Below are positions 10,501 through 17,566 of a DNA stretch of 64,000 nt, piece after piece. The translations under genes were made by a program, and so were the position numbers. The notes under the pieces are model-generated. The model did no database searches, was not told where the DNA came from, and saw only the letters and a list, made by a program, of their open reading frames with translations. The DNA comes from Candidatus Latescibacterota bacterium (GTDB taxonomy: Bacteria > Latescibacterota > UBA2968 > GCA-2709665): contig CBDCOX010000002.1 in assembly GCA_965219995.1 (NCBI GenBank), forward strand, positions 96,001-160,000, in the 5' to 3' direction. Positions within the stretch are counted from its first letter, which is position 1; each line of letters starts with the position of its first letter.

Positions 10501-10700
10501 TGGTCGTTCTCCTTGGGCGACGTATCCCGGCTGTCCACCCACACCCACAACCGTTTCCACTCCCACCCGGACGGAAAGGCCTGAAGGCGTATCTTCGCAT
10601 AAGACACGCAACCGATCACCAGCAGCGCCACGAGGCACATGGCCACCGTGACCGGCCGCGAAATGGAAATCCGCGGCAAGAGCGCTTGTCGGTCTTTCAC
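7554..10700 (-). CDS. RND efflux transporter permease (AcrB/MdtB-like)
   Basis: 1048 aa; SISRPVTV, GMVVDNAIVIVENI, GVVVNNAIVLVD, RFRPILMT. Confidence 0.92.
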   Translation of the reverse strand: MKDRQALLPRISISRPVTVAMCLVALLVIGCVSYAKIRLQAFPSGWEWKRLWVWVDSRDTSPKENDQEICRLFETYLGTVKNLESMRTWAGKDWANAGLRFRPETDMSLAYNQVMDRFDRLKLELPPEKRERTGVWKYNEETDQEIIWMGVAPPEGLEDIQSFIEDRVQRRLERIDGVAKISFWGRFRKEITVVVLQERMRSLGVRPADVVQALQGENFALAGGHLQEGGKKYFIRSLARYRDMDEIRRIPIRRSNGLDPVTVSDVGGVLFGIPPRLGSWRINGKEAVGLDVYKESSANVVDVSVRVKEELDRIAQETGAQFNVLWDQGRAVRDSIDNIRTTAIWGALFASLILLYFLRAVRMTALITLSIPLCIMMTISVLYFLDWSLNLLTMMGLMVGMGMVVDNAIVIVENIYRMRAKGMDAHKASVTGASEVGMAISMATLTTVVVFLPLMFMTGDMGLTFELTRVGIPVVVSLLGSLFVALIFIPLAAKLLGRHAARKDPGSVRWMRRKYQGGLRWILNHRRDASLIFIILFVSVFYPVSNVKKTTGRARVNNEFFIRFNAPPFFKRAEMERVATQIEDFLDSKRDAYRIETVRLGYWRQSSLIRGFIRVYLKEEPNRDWWYQFYKSVRKKAGLPVKGQMTRAEVIEDVKKHIPKFVGVRVMVQTRWRSEPGVSVYLYGDDIDLLGRLSEAVRQRVEAIPDVVSVDSDLEYAEKEVQVLVNKEQAHAYGISARAVGRSISYQLRGVNLAPYHDDDRMISVRLFMDEDDRQTLAQLKKFPFRSNTGTQIPLSAFASFNITEGSGNIRREDGKMRMRVRAFTTQEDLKGLWEQIDRAMVGFAMPRGYSWNKGETYSRFQESDDTMSFAIVMAITCVFLLMGVLFESFVLPFAVLLSIPFAFLGVYWSLFLTNTVMGKMAQMGIILLIGVVVNNAIVLVDMINRLRGSGMSRSEAIEEAGYNRFRPILMTTFTTVFGLFPMAAGSATMLGTPYAPLGITMIGGLLSSTVLTLFVVPLFYTYLDDLRHFLRGFAGNLLKSTDPAKSR

Positions 10701-10879
10701 GTGAAACTCCTGAATAACCTGGAGTCGAACAACCGGTTCATCGAAAACGGTACAGATAAAAGATACACATCCGGTGTATCGGAAAGCAAATATTCAATTC
10801 GCGAGAACGCGGGCATGTCCGCCAACGTCAAGCATGAAGACACTCACACGGAGGCACAAAGGGAAAAACAGCAATTCGC

Positions 10880-11262
10880 ATTCAGCGATCAGCCGTCAGC
10901 TCGAAGCAAATTCGAGAATCTAATTCAAATTCCCCTTTTCCCCAAATTCCCTGCCTCCGGCGGGTTCCTTTTGAAGCGACCAAAAGGAACCAAAAGTCGC
11001 CGCTGGGCGCGGGGCCTGCCACAGGCATAGCGCGAATACCCTCACAGGATGCACGTAGCCCTCTGCCCTGACACCCTCGGAGGAACATCGATCCGCGTAG
11101 CTGGACGGATCAGCGCGCTCTGCTCCGGGTGCCCTCCGATCCGGAGATGCCTTTGTAGATCGAATGGCACCTTTTTGATGAGGACAGCGGTTAGCGATCA
11201 GCCGTCAGTTTGATGCAAGAGACCAAAGTCAACTTTAACTTCCACATCTCCCCAAATTCCCT
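10880..11262. repeat. Degenerate direct repeat pair enclosing a hairpin-rich segment
   Basis: AGCGATCAGCCGTCAG...TCCCCAAATTCCCT at ~10884-10953 and ~11193-11262; GGTTCCTTTTG-N-CAAAAGGAACC inverted repeat at ~10963-10991. Confidence 0.6.
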
Positions 11263-11269
11263 AACGGCG

Positions 11270-11595
11270 GGGAGACGTAGACGGGAGATGATGTGAATGC
11301 CTGTTCGGTATCATCTCTTGCCGTAGGCATAGTGGAAGAACCAATCGAGCAAAGATGTCATCTACCGTCTCCCGTCTTGCGTCTCACCGGTCTTCTTGCC
11401 CCGTGCAGTTTCATTTCTTGCCATCGGCATAAAGGAAGAACCATTCGAGCAAGGATGTCATCTACCGTCTCCCGTCTTGCGTCTCACCGGTTTTCTTGCC
11501 CCGTGCAGTTTCATTTCTCGCCGGAGGCTTAAAGGTAGAACCAATGGGGCAAGGATGTCATCTACCGTCTCCCGTCTCACGTCTCACGTCTCCCC
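11270..11595. repeat. Tandem array of 3 hairpin units with exact 100-bp period (repeat family A)
   Basis: GCC-NNN-GGC at 11320, 11420, 11520; each followed by GCAA(G/A)GATGTCATCTACCGTCTCCCGTCT. Confidence 0.9.
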
Positions 11596-11614
11596 GCTCT
11601 TCGATTGTTTCCCC

Positions 11615-11643
11615 TTGACAGATGATGGTCAAAATCCTATGTT
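11615..11643 (+). promoter_or_regulatory. Sigma70 promoter of the T-box/pheST operon
   Basis: TTGACA (11615-20), 17-nt spacer, TATGTT (11638-43), immediately before the T-box leader. Confidence 0.8.
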
Positions 11644-11650
11644 CTCACCC

Positions 11651-11965
11651 AAAGCGATGACGGAGGAAAGTAAGCCGTCCCCAACCGGAAAGGGAGGGGG
11701 CGCCCCGGACTGAAAGCGCCCTCGCGGCATGAACGGCCGAAGTTCCCTCTCGAGCTGCAACGCTGAATGCGATTGCCGGCCGCAGTGCAGTATGGAAAAA
11801 AGGAAACCGGCAACCGTTACTAGGCGGCGCCGGTGTCTCCCGCCGACAACAGGGAGGGGCGGTAACGGCCGCCTGTCAAGCGGCGCCTGAAGGGCGCAAA
11901 TAGGGTGGTACCGCGGAAGACGTCACGTCCTTTCGTCCCTATGGGGATGAAAGGTCTTTTTTTTT
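11651..11965 (+). promoter_or_regulatory. Transcriptional T-box riboswitch, Phe specifier (UUC)
   Basis: GA motif GCGATGA...AAGTAAG, AGGGA box, GACTGAAAG loop, specifier GAAG-TTC (11743-45), T-box AAATAGGGTGGTACCGCG (11898-915), terminator CCTTTCGTCCC/GGGATGAAAGG + T run. Confidence 0.92.
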
Positions 11966-12030
11966 CGGCCCGGACGTCCGGCCGCGCCGTCTTCCGCCAA
12001 TCCGGAGCACCCACTCCAGGGAGCATTATC

Positions 12031-13617
12031 GTGGATCAATCGACCGACCTGTCGTCCCTTCACGCCCTCGAGATCAAGACGCTGCGCGCGTTCGAAACCT
12101 GCGAGGAACACGAGCTGACCGACGCCGCCCTGCCCGAAGCCGCGGGCATCGGTCCCGGACAGGTCCGGCGCGCCGTCGAATGGCTGCGTTCCAAGGGTCT
12201 CCTGGACGTCGCCGGTGAAGCAACGGTCTCGACCGTCAGCCTCACGGAATCGGGGGTCGCCCTGGCCGGCATCGGTGCGACGCCGGAGGCCGCGCTTTTG
12301 CTGCGCGCCCGGGAAGAGCCCGCACCCACGTTGAAGCACCTGCAGGCGGATACCCGCTTCGACCGCGGAGAATGGGGCAGCGCATACGGCGGGCTGAAGG
12401 CCGAAGGCACAATCAGGCAGGACGGCGGCGCCATCCGCATCGCCGATCCCGACAGAGCCGCCTTCTATACCGAAAGGCTCGTGCCGGGGCTGTTCGGGCG
12501 CTTTCGGGAGGCCGGCGACGATGCCGCGCTGAATCTCGACGACTTTACCGAAGAGATTCAGTCCTATATCCGGGAACGAACGAGCAAACGCGGCAAGGGC
12601 AAGGCCGCCATCCGAGTGGACGAACGCCTGGAACGCACGTACAGGCTTACGCCGGCCGGTAGGGGTACGCTGGAGCGCATTCTGGAATCCGGGCTGACGG
12701 GCGACGAGGTCTCCCGCCTCACGCCGGAGATGTTGCAGTCGGGCGACTGGAGAGACGTCTCGTTCCGGCGGTACGACATCAGCATCAAGCCCCCGCGTAT
12801 TCTCATCGGCCGCCTGCACCCGTACCGCGCCTATCTCGACGGTGTCCGGCGCAAACTGCTGTCTCTCGGGTTCGAGGAAATGAAGGGCCCGCTGGTGGAA
12901 ACCGAATTCTGGAATATGGATGCCCTGTTCATGCCGCAGTTTCACGCGGCACGAAATATCCATGACGCCTATTACGTCAAGGAACCCATCCGTTCGAAAG
13001 CGCCCGAAGAACCCTTCTTCTCCAATGTGGCCGCCGCCCACGCCGACGGCGGCGACACCGGCTCCCGCGGCTGGCGGTACGAATTCAGTCCGGCCCGCGC
13101 GCGCCGTCTCATCCTGCGCAGCCAGGGTACCGCGCTGTCGGGCCGTACGCTTGCTTCCGGACCGAACGTCCCGGGGAAGTATTTCGCGGTTGCGCGATGC
13201 TTCCGGTACGACGACGTCGACGCCACCCACGCTGCCGATTTCTTCCAGGTGGAGGGTATCGTCCTGGGCGAGGGCATCAATTTCCGGAGTCTGCTGGGCC
13301 TGCTGAAGCTGTTTGCGCTGGAGATCGCGCAGTCGGACGAATGCCGGTTTTTGCCGGACTATTTCCCGTTCACCGAGCCCTCGGTCGAGCTCCAGGCCAG
13401 GCACCCGTCTCTGGGCTGGATCGAATTCGGCGGCGCCGGCCTGTTCCGGCCCGAACTCACGCGCCCGCTGGGCGTCGAGGTCCCGGTCATCGCATGGGGT
13501 CTGGGCATCGACCGGATGGCGATGGTAGCCCTGGATATAGACGACATCCGCGACCTGTTCAGCACGGACCTGGATCGGATCCGGAACGAAAGAGAAAACA
13601 GGCCAACGGCGACCTGA
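12031..13617 (+). CDS. pheS: Phenylalanine-tRNA ligase alpha subunit, archaeal/spirochaete type
   Basis: ~528 aa with long N-terminal extension; FWNMDALFMPQFHAAR, DATHAADFFQVEG, YFPFTEPSVE, AWGLGIDR. Confidence 0.93.
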   Translation: MDQSTDLSSLHALEIKTLRAFETCEEHELTDAALPEAAGIGPGQVRRAVEWLRSKGLLDVAGEATVSTVSLTESGVALAGIGATPEAALLLRAREEPAPTLKHLQADTRFDRGEWGSAYGGLKAEGTIRQDGGAIRIADPDRAAFYTERLVPGLFGRFREAGDDAALNLDDFTEEIQSYIRERTSKRGKGKAAIRVDERLERTYRLTPAGRGTLERILESGLTGDEVSRLTPEMLQSGDWRDVSFRRYDISIKPPRILIGRLHPYRAYLDGVRRKLLSLGFEEMKGPLVETEFWNMDALFMPQFHAARNIHDAYYVKEPIRSKAPEEPFFSNVAAAHADGGDTGSRGWRYEFSPARARRLILRSQGTALSGRTLASGPNVPGKYFAVARCFRYDDVDATHAADFFQVEGIVLGEGINFRSLLGLLKLFALEIAQSDECRFLPDYFPFTEPSVELQARHPSLGWIEFGGAGLFRPELTRPLGVEVPVIAWGLGIDRMAMVALDIDDIRDLFSTDLDRIRNERENRPTAT

Positions 13618-13672
13618 AGCGCCGGGAGCCGGAATTCGCGCGCATCCCGCGCGTATGCATCGAGGAGCACGC

Positions 13673-15358
13673 ATGCCCACCATCACCGTGATCAGGAAAG
13701 ACCTCGAACGGCTCGCGGGTCAGACCTACGACCTGCCCGAGCTCGAACGGGCCCTCGAGGCTGTCAAAGCCGAGGTCAAGGTCGAAGACGACGCCCTGTT
13801 GAAAATCCAGTTGAAGGATACCAATCGGCCGGATCTCTGGTCGTCGGAGGGCGTCGCCCGGTTGCTCAAGGGGCATCGCGAGGGCGTGCACGAACCCTAT
13901 CCGTTTTTCGAGGACCCGCCAGGGGAACTCGAACTGCGCGTCGACCCCGCGCTGGAAAGCCTCCGTCCCTACATCGCCGCCTTCGCCTGCGAAGGGATCT
14001 CGGTGGACGAAGCGGCCCTCGAGCAGCTCATCGAGGCTCAGGAAAAACTGGCGGAAGGCTACGGTCGCGGTCGAAGCGCCGTTGCCATCGGCATCTACGA
14101 CGCTACCGACGTCGCCTTTCCCGTCCGCTACGCCGCGGCCGATCCGGATGCGACCCGCTTTATCCCGCTGGGAATGGAGACCGGGCTGACGCTTCGGGAT
14201 ATCCTGAGCGAACACCCCACGGGCCGGACGTACGCGCACCTGCTGGAAGGCTTCAGCGCCTTTCCCCTCATCACCGACAGCCGGGGTGAGGTCCTCTCCA
14301 TGCCTCCCGTGATCAACAGCCGGAACCCGGGCGCGGTGGAGGTCGGCGATTCGTTTCTCTTCTGCGAGGCCACCGGAACCGAACTCGACGCCGTGCTGCT
14401 CTCCGTTGCCATCATGGCCGCCAACATGGCCGACCGGGGAGGCCGCATTCTGCCCGTAAACACCATCTATCCTTACAATACACCGCGCGGGCGCGAGATC
14501 CGGTGCCCTCTGGATATGACCGAAACCGTCGAAGTCGACCTGGACGACCTCCGGCGCGTGATCGGCGGCGCCATCGACAACGGAAGCATCGAACGCGCCC
14601 TGGCCGCCATGGGGTACCGGGACGTCGCGTTGGACCCGAATCGCGTCCGGGCCAGGCCGGCGCCATACCGGGACGATATCCTCCATCCCGTGGACCTCAT
14701 CGAAGACGTTATCGTGGCCGTGGGCTTCGACAACTTCGAACCCGAATTGCCGCACGATTTCACCGTCGGCAAGTCCGCGCCCGAGGAGGACCTTGCCGAC
14801 CGCATCCGCGGCCTGATGGTTGGATGCGGGTTCCAGGAAGTCTTTCTGCCGATTCTCTCGTCGCGCGCCGACCTGACGGAGGGCGTGCGCGACACCGGCG
14901 CGGGGATTGTCGAGATCTCCAACCCCATGTCCGAGAACTACAGCGCGGTTCGTAACGCCCTGTTGCCCGGGCTTCTGCGCGTGGAAGCCGCGAGCCGGAA
15001 AGCCCCGTATCCCCATCATATCTTCGAAGTGGGCGAGGTCTGCGTCATCGCGCGGGACGACCTCTACGGCACCCGTACCGAAATCTGCCTGGCTGCGCTG
15101 GAGGCCCACGCCGATGCCAATCTCTCGGGGATCCAGAGCCATCTCGAAGCCATCGCCTACTACCTCGGATTCGACTATCGTCTCACGCCGTCCGAGCACC
15201 CCACGTTTCTGCCCGGGCGGGCGGGCGAAATCCGGTTGGACGGGAATCGCTTCGGCATCATCGGCGAGATCCATCCCGAGGTCCTGGAGAACCGGGGCAT
15301 ATCCGTGCCCGTAAGCGCGTTCGAGGTCAACATCGATATCGCCGGAACGCAATCGTAA
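13673..15358 (+). CDS. pheT: Phenylalanine-tRNA ligase beta subunit, short archaeal/spirochaete type
   Basis: 561 aa; MPTITV, DTNRPDLWSSEG, MPPVINS, RDDILHPVDLIED; lacks the bacterial B2 and B8 domains. Confidence 0.93.
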   Translation: MPTITVIRKDLERLAGQTYDLPELERALEAVKAEVKVEDDALLKIQLKDTNRPDLWSSEGVARLLKGHREGVHEPYPFFEDPPGELELRVDPALESLRPYIAAFACEGISVDEAALEQLIEAQEKLAEGYGRGRSAVAIGIYDATDVAFPVRYAAADPDATRFIPLGMETGLTLRDILSEHPTGRTYAHLLEGFSAFPLITDSRGEVLSMPPVINSRNPGAVEVGDSFLFCEATGTELDAVLLSVAIMAANMADRGGRILPVNTIYPYNTPRGREIRCPLDMTETVEVDLDDLRRVIGGAIDNGSIERALAAMGYRDVALDPNRVRARPAPYRDDILHPVDLIEDVIVAVGFDNFEPELPHDFTVGKSAPEEDLADRIRGLMVGCGFQEVFLPILSSRADLTEGVRDTGAGIVEISNPMSENYSAVRNALLPGLLRVEAASRKAPYPHHIFEVGEVCVIARDDLYGTRTEICLAALEAHADANLSGIQSHLEAIAYYLGFDYRLTPSEHPTFLPGRAGEIRLDGNRFGIIGEIHPEVLENRGISVPVSAFEVNIDIAGTQS

Positions 15359-15401
15359 ACGCCGAACGAGGCCGCGGAATCCTGCCGCCGACGCGGATAA
15401 C

Positions 15402-16760
15402 TCAACCGTTACTCCCCAGGATTTCGTAGACTCTCGGCGGATGACGGTGGTCCCGGACCTCGCGGAACAGCGCTTCGGCTTCTTGCATCATCCCGGCGCG
15501 GCCGTAATAATAAATCAGGTTGCCGGCTTCGTTGGGTCTGCGTGCAAGCGCCCATACCTTTTCCTGTTTGCCCACGGCCCGCTTCCAATCTCCCAGGTGA
15601 AATGCCAGGTACGTACCCATCTGCCTGAGTGCGATGTACGCCCAGACGGTCTTTTTGTCCAGTCTGTACACCCGCTCATATAGCGGATAGGCCTCGGCCC
15701 ATCGTTTCTGCCGCGCAAGCGACAGTGCCAGGTAGTTGAGACACTCCTGGTTGTCCGGGGCGTGTCCGGCCGCTCGCCGCGCAACCGCCTCCATTGCTTC
15801 GAAGTCCCGCTTCCACAGGAACATCTGCGCTTTCGCGGTAAGCGCAACGATGTCATCCGGCGCATGCGAGAGCCGGGCATCGCACAGCACGATGCAGTTG
15901 TCAACCGCACGTGCCTGCGCTTCTGCGTCGTGCCGCCGCGCGGCAGCGAGCGCCATCGCAACCTCGATCGAATCCGGCCGCGCCTTTGCGGCTCTTTGCA
16001 GCGTTGCCGCTTCTTCCTCGGTTGGTCCATCGAACGGGTCGCCGGTACGGCCCAGTTCCATCATCGCCGCGGGATGGTCGGGGCATACTTCCAGCGCTTC
16101 CCTGAACCGGGCCCGAGCCGCATCGGTCCTCAGGTACAAACGATCCGTCCGTCCCTGCTCCAGGAGACGGGCGATGGTCTGCGCGACGAACCCGTCGGGC
16201 AGGTCGTTCCTGCTCCTTTCGTCCCGTGCCATGCGGAAGACCTCCTTTTGAAGCTGCCTGCGCGCCCGATAGAGGCGCTGTTTTACAGCCCCCTGGGTCG
16301 ATCCCACCCGAAGGGCCACGTCCCGGATGGTATATCCCTCGAGATAGTGCATCGTGAACGCCCGTACACTGGCGCCCGGAAGGCGCGCGAGCAGTTCCTG
16401 TATTGCCTCGTTGCGAAGAACCGGTGCGTCATGATGTGGTTTCGGTTCCGTCGCCGTGCCGGCCGATTCGTTCATGGCCACCCGCCGTCGAGCCTGCCTC
16501 AGCCTGTTCAGGCAGAGGTTCCGAAGGATCCGGCCGACCCATGGTAGAAAACGGGAGGGATCCTCCAGCGCATCCAGCCGCACAAATGCTTTCAGGAATG
16601 CCTCCTGAAGCGCATCCCGTGCGTCTTCGTCGGCGCGCAGGTAACCCAGCGCCTGGCGGAAGAGGCGACTTCCGTGGCGCTTCACCAGGGTCTCGAAAGC
16701 GGCGAGATCGCCCGAGCGCGCTGCGGCGACCAACCGGGCGTCTGTTGACGGTTTTTCCAT
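15402..16760 (-). CDS. ECF sigma factor with C-terminal TPR-like extension
   Basis: GDLAAFETLV, DALQEAFLKAF, WVGRILRNLC, GAVKQRLYRARRQL, then helical TPR-like repeats; alternative start 16829. Confidence 0.85.
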   Translation of the reverse strand: MEKPSTDARLVAAARSGDLAAFETLVKRHGSRLFRQALGYLRADEDARDALQEAFLKAFVRLDALEDPSRFLPWVGRILRNLCLNRLRQARRRVAMNESAGTATEPKPHHDAPVLRNEAIQELLARLPGASVRAFTMHYLEGYTIRDVALRVGSTQGAVKQRLYRARRQLQKEVFRMARDERSRNDLPDGFVAQTIARLLEQGRTDRLYLRTDAARARFREALEVCPDHPAAMMELGRTGDPFDGPTEEEAATLQRAAKARPDSIEVAMALAAARRHDAEAQARAVDNCIVLCDARLSHAPDDIVALTAKAQMFLWKRDFEAMEAVARRAAGHAPDNQECLNYLALSLARQKRWAEAYPLYERVYRLDKKTVWAYIALRQMGTYLAFHLGDWKRAVGKQEKVWALARRPNEAGNLIYYYGRAGMMQEAEALFREVRDHRHPPRVYEILGSNG

Positions 16761-16870
16761 GGGTCTGCCAGAAAGACACCGCACCGTGGAGGCAGGTAAC
16801 ACCCCGGACTCATGAGGCGTATCTTCCACGCAAAGTTGAAAGCCGATTATTCCTGTATCCCAACACTACA

Positions 16871-16909
16871 AAAACGGGTTACGTCATATCGACGTAACCC
16901 GTTGTTTTT
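16871..16909 (-). terminator. Intrinsic terminator downstream of tRNA-Leu
   Basis: ACGGGTTACGTC/GACGTAACCCGT hairpin with A/T runs on both sides. Confidence 0.75.
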
Positions 16910-16997
16910 TGGTGCCGAAGGGGGGATTCGAACCCCCACGAGCACAAGGCTCACTGCGCCCTGAACGCAGCGCGTCTACCAGTTCCACCACTTCGGC
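16910..16997 (-). tRNA. tRNA-Leu(CAG)
   Basis: GCCGAAGTGGTGGAACTGGTAGAC...CTGCG TT CAG GG CGCAG, long variable arm, GGTTCGAATCC, encoded CCA. Confidence 0.97.
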
Positions 16998-17042
16998 ACA
17001 TGAGCCATTGGCCTGGGGCCGGGACCCGCAGACCGGAAAGGA

Positions 17043-17071
17043 AATATATAAAACCGCCTTGACCTTGTCAA
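17043..17071 (-). promoter_or_regulatory. Sigma70 promoter for tRNA-Leu
   Basis: TTGACA-17-TATATT on the minus strand. Confidence 0.7.
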
Positions 17072-17502
17072 GATTCCTCGGCCACGAACAGGTTCCGGAA
17101 ACCCTCGGGCATCCGCTTCGGTTTCCGGGTGGCGTAATCGAGGAAGGCGATCCCGGTTTTCGCCCTGGCGACTTCGATGCCGGTGTCCCGGTCGGTTATG
17201 CGGTAACAGATGTCGCATCCGATGCGGGTCATGCCGTCCACGGCGACCTGAAAGGTCAGGGTCTGGCCGTAGAACGCTTCGGACTTGTACTGGATGACGG
17301 CGTCGACCATGATGATGCCCACCCCGTCCACGTCCAGTTCGGTGAATCCGTGGCTTTCGAGAAAACGCACCCTGGCCTCGTGGACGAGCGACAGGACGGC
17401 ATTGTTGTCCATGTGCCCGCCGTAGTTGATGTCGGAAACGCGAAGCCGGACGTCGGTGGCGTAGTCGAAGGTCCCGGGGAGTTCAAGTTTGACGCGAGAC
17501 AT
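17068..17502 (-). CDS. Acyl-CoA thioesterase (hot-dog fold, 4HBT-like)
   Basis: LRVSDINYGGHMDN...HEARVRFL. Confidence 0.88.
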   Translation of the reverse strand: MSRVKLELPGTFDYATDVRLRVSDINYGGHMDNNAVLSLVHEARVRFLESHGFTELDVDGVGIIMVDAVIQYKSEAFYGQTLTFQVAVDGMTRIGCDICYRITDRDTGIEVARAKTGIAFLDYATRKPKRMPEGFRNLFVAEES

Positions 17503-17566
17503 GGTTACGGCCTCGTATTTTTTTCCATGCGATACCCGTTCGATGCCGGAACGGCGCATCCACACG

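Noticed and set aside
11905-12030. Longer pheS start at 11905
   Set aside because: Lies inside the T-box antiterminator/terminator; GTG 12031 has an RBS
16910-16935. tRNA-Leu 3' end as an island attachment site
   Set aside because: No duplicated tRNA 3' end or integrase seen in the window
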